Source: Bacteroidota bacterium
GTDB lineage: Bacteria > Bacteroidota > Bacteroidia > Flavobacteriales_D > Crocinitomicaceae
NCBI GenBank assembly: GCA_040386155.1
Contig: JAZKFZ010000003.1
Location: 550,815 to 614,814, forward strand
Direction: 5' to 3'
Length of the DNA stretch: 64,000 bases
The notes below the pieces were generated by a model. That model ran no database searches, was not told where the DNA came from, and saw only the letters and a list, made by a program, of their open reading frames with translations. A program made the translations under genes and the position numbers. This document shows, piece by piece, positions 1-8,852 of this stretch (positions are counted from its first letter, which is position 1; the number at the start of each line of letters is the position of its first letter).

Positions 1-2335
1 AATTGCAACATCTGCTCCAGCATTAATTGGTGCAGAGGCACTGATTGTAACAATTACTTGATCAGTATTGACACAGCCTGCTGCCGAAGTTCCAGTAACA
101 GTATATGTTTGCGTTGCCGCTGGCGTAGCTGTTGGATTTGCAATGTTTGTTGCACTAAGGCCTGTTGCAGGTGACCACGTATATGTTGCACCACCTGATG
201 CTAACAATGGCGTACTTTGCGTTGGGCAAATAGCCACATCTGCACCTGCATTAATGGTTGGTAATGGATTGATGGTAACGATAACTTGATCTGTATTCAC
301 ACATCCCGCTGCTGAAGTACCTGAAACTGTATAAGTTTGAGTTGCTGCCGGAGTTGCAGTTGGATTGGCAATATTCGTTGCACTTAATCCAGTTGCTGGT
401 GACCATGTATACGTAGATCCACCAGAAGCAGATAAAGGTGTTGATGCTCCAATACAAATAGCAACATCTGCTCCAGCATTGATAGTAGGCAAAGGACTTA
501 TTGTAACAATTACTTGATCTGTATTTACACATCCTGCTGCTGAAGTTCCAGATACAGTATAGGTTTGAGTGGCTGCTGGTGTTGCAGTTGGGTTTGCAAT
601 GTTTGTTGCACTTAGGCCTGTTGCTGGTGACCATGTGTATGTTGAACCGCCTGATGCTAACAATGGCGTACTTTGCGTTGGGCAAATAGCCACATCTGCA
701 CCTGCATTAATGGTTGGTAATGGATTGATGGTAACGATAACTTGATCTGTATTCACACATCCCGCTGCTGAAGTACCTGAAACTGTATAAGTTTGAGTTG
801 CTGCCGGAGTTGCAGTTGGATTGGCAATATTCGTTGCACTTAATCCAGTTGCTGGTGACCAAGTATATGTTGCGCCGCCAGTTGCTAATAAAGGTGTGCT
901 CTGTGTTGGGCAAATAGCGACATCTGCTCCTGCATTAATTGTTGGCAATGGATTGATGGTAACGACAACTTGATCTGTATTTACACAACCTGCTGCTGAA
1001 GTACCTGAAACTGTATAAGTTTGAGTTGCTGCCGGAGTTGCAGTTGGATTGGCAATATTCGTTGCACTTAATCCAGTTGCTGGTGACCATGTATACGTAG
1101 ATCCACCAGAAGCAGATAAAGGTGTTGATGCTCCAATACAAATAGCAACATCTGCTCCAGCATTGATAGTAGGCAAAGGACTTATTGTAACAATTACTTG
1201 ATCTGTATTTACACATCCTGCTGCTGAAGTTCCAGATACAGTATAGGTTTGAGTGGCTGCTGGTGTTGCAGTTGGGTTTGCAATGTTTGTTGCACTTAGG
1301 CCTGTTGCTGGTGACCATGTGTATGTTGAACCGCCTGATGCTAACAATGGCGTACTTTGCGTTGGGCAAATAGCCACATCTGCACCTGCATTAATGGTTG
1401 GTAATGGATTGATGGTAACGATAACTTGATCTGTATTCACACATCCCGCTGCTGAAGTACCTGAAACTGTATAAGTTTGAGTTGCTGCCGGAGTTGCAGT
1501 TGGATTGGCAATATTCGTTGCACTTAATCCAGTTGCTGGTGACCAAGTATATGTTGCGCCGCCAGTTGCTAATAAAGGTGTGCTCTGTGTTGGGCAAATA
1601 GCGACATCTGCTCCTGCATTAATTGTTGGCAATGGATTGATGGTAACGACAACTTGATCTGTATTTACACAACCTGCTGCTGAAGTACCTGAAACTGTAT
1701 AAGTTTGAGTTGCTGCCGGAGTTGCAGTTGGATTGGCAATATTCGTTGCACTTAATCCAGTTGCTGGTGACCATGTATACGTAGATCCACCAGAAGCAGA
1801 TAAAGGTGTTGATGCTCCAATACAAATAGCAACATCTGCTCCAGCATTGATAGTAGGCAAAGGACTTATTGTAACAATTACTTGATCTGTATTTACACAT
1901 CCTGCTGCTGAAGTTCCAGATACAGTATAGGTTTGAGTGGCTGCTGGTGTTGCAGTTGGGTTTGCAATGTTTGTTGCACTTAGGCCTGTTGCTGGCGACC
2001 ATGTGTACGTAGATCCACCAGAAGCCGATAAAGGTGCTGATTGTCCAGGACATCTTGTTACATCTGCTCCAGCATTGATTGTAGGTAAAGGATTGATGGT
2101 AACGATAACTTGATCTGTATTGACACATCCTGCGACTGAAGTTCCAGAAACAGTATACGTTTGCGTTGCCGCTGGCGTAGCTGTTGGATTTGCAATGTTT
2201 GTTGCACTTAGTCCAGTTGCTGGTGACCAGGTATAGGTTGATCCTCCTGATGCGCTCAATGGTGCTGATTGTCCAGCACATCGAGCAACGTCTGCTCCAG
2301 CATTAATAGTTGGCAACGGATTGACAGTAACACAC
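1..2335 (-). repeat. In-frame tandem array of about 10 units of 228 bp (76 codons), organised as a 684-bp (3-unit) higher-order repeat; the array continues beyond position 1
   Basis: Unit boundaries fall at about 23, 251, 479, 707, 935, 1163, 1391, 1619, 1847, 2075 and 2303. Out-of-frame track ORFs 251..685 vs 935..1369 and 707..913 vs 1391..1597 are identical or nearly identical. Direct comparison of 308-1311 with 992-1995 (+684) showed no mismatch where I checked. Confidence 0.9.
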
Positions 2336-3690
2336 ACGAAATTCGAAGTGACAGCTGGTCCACACCCACTCACTACCGCTCGGTAACATGTATTTGTTGT
2401 GACACCAGTTGCTGTATAAGTTGCTGAAGTTGCTCCGGCAATATTTGTATAAGTACCTCCACTTGTGGGAGATTGTTGCCATTGAATATTTCCTGTAGAT
2501 CCAGTTAAGGTTAATGGCACATTTCCAGAACCACAAATTGCTGTAACTGATGAGCTTGCAGTACCTGCAACATTCGCATTGCTCACTACAATAGTGGTGC
2601 TAGATGCTGCATTACAAGGTGCTGAACCAATAGAGTAATTTATGGTATGCGTTCCAACCCCTGCAGTTGCAGGATTAAACAAACCTGAGGAAGAAACACC
2701 TGGACCTGTCCAAGTACCTCCCATATCCACCGCGTTTAGTTGAACAGCCGCTGCAGTTGAGCAAAATGGTCCAACCGCTGTGATTGCAGGATTGGGAGGT
2801 CCTGTTTGAGCACTTCCAGCAGTTCCACTCAATTGTATTGTAAAATTGGTTTGTGTATTAGACCAATCCTCCACTAAAATCATTAACACGTCACCCACTT
2901 GCACTGCTGGTGCAGGAACCTCTGATGTACAACCTGGAAAAGTTGAACCAAATTCGGCACAACCATCTGAGAAATCAGCATAATTACAAATCAACTCCGT
3001 ACCAATAGAAAGTGATGGACATGGAGCTCCAAGTGAACTCGTGATATCAAACACCGAAACATCTAAAAATCCAGTTGTATTTGCGTCAACCAACATATTT
3101 AAATTTCCTGCTCCTGTGATGTATAAGATGATGTACCCATAATTCGGTGCTGCTTGTCCATTCCAGAAATTCAAACAAGAAGAAGGATTTGGCGAGCCTG
3201 GCGCAAATGTGAAAGGTCCTGCAACACCTGGTGTACAAATTGAAGTGTTAGTGTTACATCCACCACCACCGCCACCGCCGCCACCGCTGCCAGATACAGT
3301 AGTGATTGTGCCAGTTAAGCACGTTGAAGCATCTCCACAACCACCACAATTTACAGAATAGTGAACATAATACGTACCTGATGTTGGCGCTACAAATGTT
3401 GTGGAACCTGTGCCAAATGAAACCACTGGTCCAGCAGGTGTACCACTGTGCACCGTAACGCATCCTGAAGTGCTTGTTGCAGTATAAGTAGTTCCTGCCA
3501 CAATTCCAAAAACTGTACTGTATTCCCCTGCAAATGCACAGGTCGTTAATGTTACGCTAGTACCGTTCACTGTTGATGCCGTACCGCTACCAAAAGCAGT
3601 TAATTCTGTACATTGGGAATGAGCAAAATTGGTGAAAATTACTCCAAAAATCACCAGAAAGATTTGGAGTGAAAATTTATTATTTTTCAT
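1..3690 (-). CDS. Large secreted repeat-rich cell-surface (adhesin-like) protein, N-terminal 1230 codons; the 3' end runs off the window start
   Basis: ATG at 3690-3688 (complement) is followed by the signal-peptide-like MKNNKFSLQIFLVIFGVIFTNFAHSQ. I read plus-strand triplets starting at positions = 1 mod 3 for 1-480 and 2521-3690 and found no tta/cta/tca, so there are no minus-strand stops there. The repeat region translates to modules PLPTINAGADV..C.G.S.PL.A.GG.TYTWSPATGLSATNIANPTATPAATQTYTVSGTSAAGCVNTDQV.VTI. The gene is not in the ORF track because no stop lies in the window. The track ORFs 251..685, 707..913, 935..1369, 1391..1597, 1619..2281, 2303..2536 and 3254..3463 are out-of-frame artefacts of it. 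Confidence 0.9.
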   Translation of the reverse strand, partial: MKNNKFSLQIFLVIFGVIFTNFAHSQCTELTAFGSGTASTVNGTSVTLTTCAFAGEYSTVFGIVAGTTYTATSTSGCVTVHSGTPAGPVVSFGTGSTTFVAPTSGTYYVHYSVNCGGCGDASTCLTGTITTVSGSGGGGGGGGGCNTNTSICTPGVAGPFTFAPGSPNPSSCLNFWNGQAAPNYGYIILYITGAGNLNMLVDANTTGFLDVSVFDITSSLGAPCPSLSIGTELICNYADFSDGCAEFGSTFPGCTSEVPAPAVQVGDVLMILVEDWSNTQTNFTIQLSGTAGSAQTGPPNPAITAVGPFCSTAAAVQLNAVDMGGTWTGPGVSSSGLFNPATAGVGTHTINYSIGSAPCNAASSTTIVVSNANVAGTASSSVTAICGSGNVPLTLTGSTGNIQWQQSPTSGGTYTNIAGATSATYTATGVTTNTCYRAVVSGCGPAVTSNFVCVTVNPLPTINAGADVARCAGQSAPLSASGGSTYTWSPATGLSATNIANPTATPAATQTYTVSGTSVAGCVNTDQVIVTINPLPTINAGADVTRCPGQSAPLSASGGSTYTWSPATGLSATNIANPTATPAATQTYTVSGTSAAGCVNTDQVIVTISPLPTINAGADVAICIGASTPLSASGGSTYTWSPATGLSATNIANPTATPAATQTYTVSGTSAAGCVNTDQVVVTINPLPTINAGADVAICPTQSTPLLATGGATYTWSPATGLSATNIANPTATPAATQTYTVSGTSAAGCVNTDQVIVTINPLPTINAGADVAICPTQSTPLLASGGSTYTWSPATGLSATNIANPTATPAATQTYTVSGTSAAGCVNTDQVIVTISPLPTINAGADVAICIGASTPLSASGGSTYTWSPATGLSATNIANPTATPAATQTYTVSGTSAAGCVNTDQVVVTINPLPTINAGADVAICPTQSTPLLATGGATYTWSPATGLSATNIANPTATPAATQTYTVSGTSAAGCVNTDQVIVTINPLPTINAGADVAICPTQSTPLLASGGSTYTWSPATGLSATNIANPTATPAATQTYTVSGTSAAGCVNTDQVIVTISPLPTINAGADVAICIGASTPLSASGGSTYTWSPATGLSATNIANPTATPAATQTYTVSGTSAAGCVNTDQVIVTINPLPTINAGADVAICPTQSTPLLASGGATYTWSPATGLSATNIANPTATPAATQTYTVTGTSAAGCVNTDQVIVTISASAPINAGADVAI

Positions 3691-3710
3691 AAGTAGTAGT
3701 TGCAAAAGGT

Positions 3711-4061
3711 TTAATGATAGCTGCGAATAAGTTCTTCCAAATAGGAAATGTAATTATGAAATTCACCAGGATAATTAGTAAACCAATTTTGAATCAATGA
3801 TTCTTTTACTTCTTGGGAAATGTAAGGACCTTCGATGGTACTCTTTTCCGGAAAATGAACTGCTAGCTCTTGTTTTTTATGCTCAATCTGAGGCATAATC
3901 TCAGTCACAAGTACATTTTTTTCAACGGGAATCTTAAATAAATAACTTTCGAGCGTTAAATAGCGAGTAAGATTAATTTCCTCAACTGAATTTTGGGAAT
4001 AGAGAACGGTAGTAGAAAGTAATGAGCAAACGATTGAAATAGATAGTATCAATTTTTTCAT
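3711..4061 (-). CDS. Small secreted hypothetical protein (116 aa), 20 nt upstream of and co-oriented with the adhesin-like gene
   Basis: The complement of 4061-4059 is ATG and the complement of 3713-3711 is TAA. The complement translation matches the track protein MKKLILSISIVCSLLSTTVLYSQ.., which has a signal peptide. The track labels this ORF +, which is wrong: the plus strand at 3711 reads tta atg ata gct. Confidence 0.6.
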   Translation of the reverse strand: MKKLILSISIVCSLLSTTVLYSQNSVEEINLTRYLTLESYLFKIPVEKNVLVTEIMPQIEHKKQELAVHFPEKSTIEGPYISQEVKESLIQNWFTNYPGEFHNYISYLEELIRSYH

Positions 4062-4190
4062 TGTAGAAGTTGTTTTATAGTTAATTAGCAGTTAACGAAC
4101 TAATTCGATAACGTAAATATAAAACATTGGTTGCCAATGAAAAAGAAAAAAAGAAAGAGTTTTCTATTTTGTTAATAAATTATTAAGCTA

Positions 4191-5093
4191 TTAAAACGAA
4201 ACCCAGTCGATATCCTTTTTTAATAAACGTAATGATTCACTTTCTTGAGAATGATCTTCGAGGACTTGTCCATACTCCCACTTCGCCATTGGAGGCAAAC
4301 TCATTAAAATTGATTCTGTTCTGCCACCAGAGAGTAATCCAAATTTGGTTCCTCTATCGTGCACTAAATTGAATTCAACATATCGACCTCTGCGGATACT
4401 TTGCCATGCAGAATGACTTTCCTTTACAGGTAGTTCTTTACCTGCATCGACTTGATGTTTATACAAAATTGGAAATAGTTCACCAAGTGCGATACAAAAC
4501 TCGAGTAATTGATCCTTGGAAATTCCTGCTTCTACAGCGCTTAAATGATCAAAAAAGATACCTCCAACTCCTCTTGTTTCATTGCGATGCACATTGAAGA
4601 AGTAATCATCTGCCCAAACTTTAAATTTGGGATAGAAAGCTGGATTGTATTGGTCACATACTTCTTTTAATGCTCGATGAAAATCTCCCGCTAACGAAGT
4701 ATCAATGTAATGTGGCGTTAAATCGATTCCACCGCCAAACCAATATGATTTCCCATTGTCTAATTCAAAATACCGAACGTTCATGTGGATGATCGGAATA
4801 TGTGGCGATGCTGCATGCAAAACGATGGAAACTCCTGTGGCAAAAAACACTTCACCGTCCAGCTGTAATTGTTTTTTCATTACATTACTTACTGGTCCAT
4901 GTACTTCTGAAAATGCAACGCCACCTTTTTCGATGATGTTTCCATCTATTAGTGTGCGGGTTCTACCTCCTCCACCTTCTTCTCTTTCCCACAAATCTTG
5001 TTGAAAAAGCGCTTTTCCATCCACCTTTTCTAATGCAACACAAATGTGATCTTGCAGTTCTCTGAATGAATTAGCAATTGAATTTTTATCCAT
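4191..5093 (-). CDS. hemF: Oxygen-dependent coproporphyrinogen III oxidase
   Basis: 300 aa with the conserved HemF block SIRRGRYVEFNLVHDRGTKFGL and GGGIFFDH. Confidence 0.9.
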   Translation of the reverse strand: MDKNSIANSFRELQDHICVALEKVDGKALFQQDLWEREEGGGGRTRTLIDGNIIEKGGVAFSEVHGPVSNVMKKQLQLDGEVFFATGVSIVLHAASPHIPIIHMNVRYFELDNGKSYWFGGGIDLTPHYIDTSLAGDFHRALKEVCDQYNPAFYPKFKVWADDYFFNVHRNETRGVGGIFFDHLSAVEAGISKDQLLEFCIALGELFPILYKHQVDAGKELPVKESHSAWQSIRRGRYVEFNLVHDRGTKFGLLSGGRTESILMSLPPMAKWEYGQVLEDHSQESESLRLLKKDIDWVSF

Positions 5094-5094
5094 T

Positions 5095-6852
5095 TTACTG
5101 TAAAATAGTTAGCCCACTTTCTATTTGAAAAATGTAACTCTTTTGATTTTCAAATCCACTTGTAGTGTTGATTTTCTTCATTTCAAAATCATTCATAAAC
5201 ATAGCATGCGATTGCTCATTCATCAGCAAATTACTTGCAAAGAAATAAACGACATCAAAACCGTGAACTGCTAATTTTGTCATATCAGATTTATATTCCA
5301 TTCTAAATTGACGGTGCAATTGCTTCGTTTTTTCGTCTTCATAACTAAAGTTGGTTGGACTTGCGAAGCCGAACTTGTATTTTGCGCGTGCGACATTTAA
5401 ATCATCAAAATCAACCCATTCCTTTGTGCCATACACTTGCACGCTTGTCGAGCTTGTCATCACTTTTGTAAGGGCAATATCAAACTTTGAAACTAACTTC
5501 TTACTGTCAGATGGAAAAACAATTATATTATTGATTCCTCGACGAACAAATGTTGTAAAATTGTCCATTTTAGCTTCAATAATTTTCGAACTTCCGCTTG
5601 CTAAATACGCTTCTCGAAAAGCATTGTAGCACACTTGATCTTTTTCCAAGCCAGAATTAACAAGAATTATTTGCTCGCCTTTGTGTTTACTTGCGACATG
5701 TTTTGCTAAACCATTCATCAATGTAAAATCTGAAGTTACAGACAAATACACGAACTGATTTGAATTTGCAATGGAAGTATTTGAAAATACTGGGGACACA
5801 AAACGAATTCTATTTATTTTAGCCCAAATTGCTGCATATTCGTTTTGCGATGCCATGAGTGAGCCAAAAATTAAATCATAGCGCTTTAAATCTGGATTTT
5901 GCAGCAGACGAACCATCGACAATGAATCTGAACCACAATCTAAAACCGTCACTTCGGCTTTTAAACCAATTTCTTCTAGCGAATCGAGCGCTAATTTTGC
6001 TCCCATGTAAAAATCAGTAGCTACCCCAGCATATGGATTACTGTTCACATCATCTAATTTAAAAGGCAACATGATAGCAATCTTATACGTACTTTTTTTC
6101 GGAAACAATAATGTGGAATCTATCTTTCGATCTTCAACCTTGCTAGGAATTTCACGGATATCTATTTTATCTCTATTTTCCTTTGAAATAGGAATTTTCA
6201 ATGTGGTACCAGGTGCGATTGTTGTGCTTTTTAAATTATTGATTTTTTGCAACTCCGCCACTGTTACCATGTACCTTTTTGAAAGATTGTATAATGTCTC
6301 ATCTTTTATCACGAGATGATTGATCACCGTGTCTTCCAATGAAAAAGCAGGCTTATTAACCGCTGGAACATCAATTTTCAACGTATCTCTTTCCTGTGTA
6401 GTTGATGGAATCTTTTCTGTTGGTACAATTAGATTGATTTCAGATAAATTATCTGCAATGTGTTTTGGTATACCGGGAATAGTAAGTTTTTGCCCTATCA
6501 TCACACCATTTTCAGCTGCTTTGTTATTGCTAATTAGAAAATCTACCGTAACACCGAAGTCGTTTGAAATTCTATAAAGCGTTTCTCCTTTTTTTACAGT
6601 ATGAACATAGGTAACTAGAGGAATATCGAGCAATAATTTTTGGCCAATTTGCAAGCCATTTTTTACCGCTGGATTATCTTTCTCAATCACCGAGGTAGAA
6701 ACCCCATATTTACGCTCCAATTGCGACAAGGTATTGCCTTTTTCAACGAGGTAAACATAATACTTTTTACCCTTTACTTCTTCTGTACCTTGGATTTGCG
6801 ACCAAGCATTCGTTAAAAATAAAAAGGTACTTAGTAAAAAAACTATTCTCAT
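5095..6852 (-). CDS. Secreted LysM-repeat protein fused to a periplasmic-binding-protein (type 1, Leu/Ile/Val-binding-like) domain
   Basis: Signal peptide MRIVFLLSTFLFLTNAWSQ. Several LysM-like repeats (Y.V.KG.TL..I......V....I...N.......GQKL.IP) are followed by a C-terminal half of about 330 aa that resembles PBP1. This is an established family architecture in Bacteroidota. Confidence 0.75.
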   Translation of the reverse strand: MRIVFLLSTFLFLTNAWSQIQGTEEVKGKKYYVYLVEKGNTLSQLERKYGVSTSVIEKDNPAVKNGLQIGQKLLLDIPLVTYVHTVKKGETLYRISNDFGVTVDFLISNNKAAENGVMIGQKLTIPGIPKHIADNLSEINLIVPTEKIPSTTQERDTLKIDVPAVNKPAFSLEDTVINHLVIKDETLYNLSKRYMVTVAELQKINNLKSTTIAPGTTLKIPISKENRDKIDIREIPSKVEDRKIDSTLLFPKKSTYKIAIMLPFKLDDVNSNPYAGVATDFYMGAKLALDSLEEIGLKAEVTVLDCGSDSLSMVRLLQNPDLKRYDLIFGSLMASQNEYAAIWAKINRIRFVSPVFSNTSIANSNQFVYLSVTSDFTLMNGLAKHVASKHKGEQIILVNSGLEKDQVCYNAFREAYLASGSSKIIEAKMDNFTTFVRRGINNIIVFPSDSKKLVSKFDIALTKVMTSSTSVQVYGTKEWVDFDDLNVARAKYKFGFASPTNFSYEDEKTKQLHRQFRMEYKSDMTKLAVHGFDVVYFFASNLLMNEQSHAMFMNDFEMKKINTTSGFENQKSYIFQIESGLTILQ

Positions 6853-6913
6853 CGTGTTGTTTTTGTTCGTTGTGTTTTAGCAATAGTAATGCCAAAATGC
6901 ATTTACGATTTTC

Positions 6914-6945
6914 AAATCCGAAATCCGAAATCGTAAATCGTAATT
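6914..6945. repeat. Short tandem heptamers (AAATCCG x2, AAATCGT x2) in the guaA/LysM spacer
   Basis: Direct reading: caaatccgaaatccgaaatcgtaaatcgtaattt. Confidence 0.5.
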
Positions 6946-6950
6946 TACTT

Positions 6951-8483
6951 CTATTCCCACTCAATTGTTGCAGGTGGTTTAGAACTAATATCGTAGGTTA
7001 CGCGATTGATTCCCTTCACCTGATTGATGATTTTATTTGAGATTTTTGCTAAAAATTCATACGGTAAATGACACCAATCTGCTGTCATTCCATCCGTTGA
7101 ACTTACTGCTCTCAAGGCAACAGCATTTTCATACGTGCGTTCATCTCCCATTACCCCAACCGACTGAATTGGAAGGAAAATGGCGCCCGCTTGCCAAACA
7201 TCATCATACAATCCGTCTTCTTTCAAGCCATTAATAAAAATAGCATCAACATCTTGCAAAATGCGTACTTTTTCAGCCGTTACTTCTCCAAGAATTCGAA
7301 TTCCTAATCCTGGACCTGGGAAAGGATGACGACCTAGAATCTTTTCATCTATTTCCATGGAACGACCAATTCTTCGCACTTCATCTTTGAACAACAATCG
7401 AAGGGGCTCAACGACTTTTAGCTGCATATAGTCGGGTAATCCACCAACATTGTGGTGCGATTTGATCGTTTGAGAAGGACCACCATTGACAGAAACTGAT
7501 TCAATAACATCTGGATAAATAGTTCCTTGTCCCAACCATTTAGCATCTTCTACGAGTTTCGATTCTTCATCAAAAACATCGATAAACGTCTTTCCAATGG
7601 CTTTCCGTTTCAACTCTGGATCGGTCAGTCCTTTTAATGCTGCATAAAACTTTTCTGAAGCATCCACTCCTTTCACATTCAAGCCCATTCCTTGGTAGGA
7701 CTCGAGTACAGAAGCAAATTCATCTTTTCTAAGCAATCCGTTGTCAACAAAGATGCAATGCAAGTTGGTACCTATTGCTTTGTGCAACAATACTGCTGCT
7801 ACGGAAGAATCTACTCCGCCAGAAAGTCCAAGAATGACTTTATCATTGCCAAGTTGTTGCTGTAAATTGCTTACAGTTTCTTCAACAAATGATTCAGGTG
7901 TCCACGCTTGAGAACAGCCACAGATATCTACCAAAAAATTTTTCAAAAGAATTGATCCTTCCGATGAATGGTAGACTTCTGGATGGAATTGAATTCCGTA
8001 TGTTTTCTCTCCGTCGATTTGATAACCTGCAAATTCAACATCATGCGTACTAGCAATTTTTGAAAAGTTGGCAGGAATGGTTTTGATGGTATCTCCGTGC
8101 GACATCCACACTTGCGATCCCATCGACATGTTTTTTGTTAGTTGATTGCTCGTGTCTACAAACGATAGATTTGCACGACCGTATTCACGAATAGTTGAAG
8201 GCAATACTTCTCCCCCATAATTTTGAGCAAGGTATTGAGCGCCGAAACATACCCCTAACAAAGGAAATTTTCCTTTTATAGCACTTAAATCGGGTTTAGG
8301 AGATGCCGCGTCTCTAGTAGAAAAAGGACTTCCAGAAAGAATTACACCTTTAATATTGTCTGTTAATTCTGGACATTTATTCCATGGATGAATTTCACTA
8401 TAAATATTCAACTCTCTAACTCTTCGGGCAATTAACTGTGTATATTGCGAGCCAAAGTCTAAAATCAAAATCATTTCTTGCAT
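6951..8483 (-). CDS. guaA: Glutamine-hydrolysing GMP synthase
   Basis: 510 aa with an N-terminal GATase ([19 protein letters not shown]), PP-loop [10 protein letters not shown] and C-terminal PPATIEWE. Confidence 0.95.
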   Translation of the reverse strand: MQEMILILDFGSQYTQLIARRVRELNIYSEIHPWNKCPELTDNIKGVILSGSPFSTRDAASPKPDLSAIKGKFPLLGVCFGAQYLAQNYGGEVLPSTIREYGRANLSFVDTSNQLTKNMSMGSQVWMSHGDTIKTIPANFSKIASTHDVEFAGYQIDGEKTYGIQFHPEVYHSSEGSILLKNFLVDICGCSQAWTPESFVEETVSNLQQQLGNDKVILGLSGGVDSSVAAVLLHKAIGTNLHCIFVDNGLLRKDEFASVLESYQGMGLNVKGVDASEKFYAALKGLTDPELKRKAIGKTFIDVFDEESKLVEDAKWLGQGTIYPDVIESVSVNGGPSQTIKSHHNVGGLPDYMQLKVVEPLRLLFKDEVRRIGRSMEIDEKILGRHPFPGPGLGIRILGEVTAEKVRILQDVDAIFINGLKEDGLYDDVWQAGAIFLPIQSVGVMGDERTYENAVALRAVSSTDGMTADWCHLPYEFLAKISNKIINQVKGINRVTYDISSKPPATIEWE

Positions 8484-8588
8484 AATGCAAATTTAGTCAG
8501 AAATGACGAAAAAAATGAGTGGAAATCTATTTTAGAATCAACATAAATTGTTAATAAGTCTTATTGCTTTAATTACAGCTTCTTTTTA

Positions 8589-8701
8589 ACCACGGATGCA
8601 CGGATTTTCTCTTGAAATAAAACATAGATGAGAATTGGTGAAGGAATGACACAGTTGTTAAATACAATGAGTTATATAAAATATATCTGTGCATCCGTGG
8701 C
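8589..8701. repeat. 16-bp imperfect inverted repeat (AACCACGGATGCACGG / CTGTGCATCCGTGGCT) flanking about 87 bp in the guaA-secA divergent spacer
   Basis: Direct reading. 14 of 16 positions are complementary, and the 12-bp core CCACGGATGCAC / GTGCATCCGTGG is perfect. Confidence 0.6.
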
Positions 8702-8819
8702 TAATTTATGTTTAGTTACATCGACTGACAATTTGTCTGAATACTTGATTGTGGAATAGTTTGTGACAAAAACAGGTGAAATAAATTTTTGAACTTCAAC
8801 AACAATCAATTGATTTCAT

Positions 8820-8827
8820 TAATTTTG
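8820..8827 (+). promoter_or_regulatory. Candidate Bacteroidota -7 promoter box TAATTTTG upstream of secA
   Basis: Matches the TAnnTTTG consensus and ends 26 nt before the ATG at 8853. Confidence 0.4.
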
Positions 8828-8852
8828 AAACTTCGCAAAAACTGACAATACA

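Noticed and set aside
251-2536. Track ORFs 251..685, 707..913, 935..1369, 1391..1597, 1619..2281 and 2303..2536 (minus), and 68..289 (plus)
   Set aside because: All are out of frame or antisense relative to the continuous 1..3690 minus-strand frame. Their translations are Cys/Asn/Ser/Tyr-rich nonsense that simply mirrors the DNA repeat.
3254-3463. 69-aa W/R/C-rich ORF and the GC-rich ccaccaccaccgccaccgccgccacc tract
   Set aside because: It is an alternative frame of the adhesin gene. The GC-rich tract encodes a (Gly)9 linker in the true frame and is not a regulatory or G-quadruplex element.
6767-6964. 65-aa minus-strand ORF spanning the guaA/LysM spacer
   Set aside because: It is made of the heptamer repeat (..RFTISDFGFEN..) plus the antisense start region of the LysM gene, and it overlaps the guaA 3' end.
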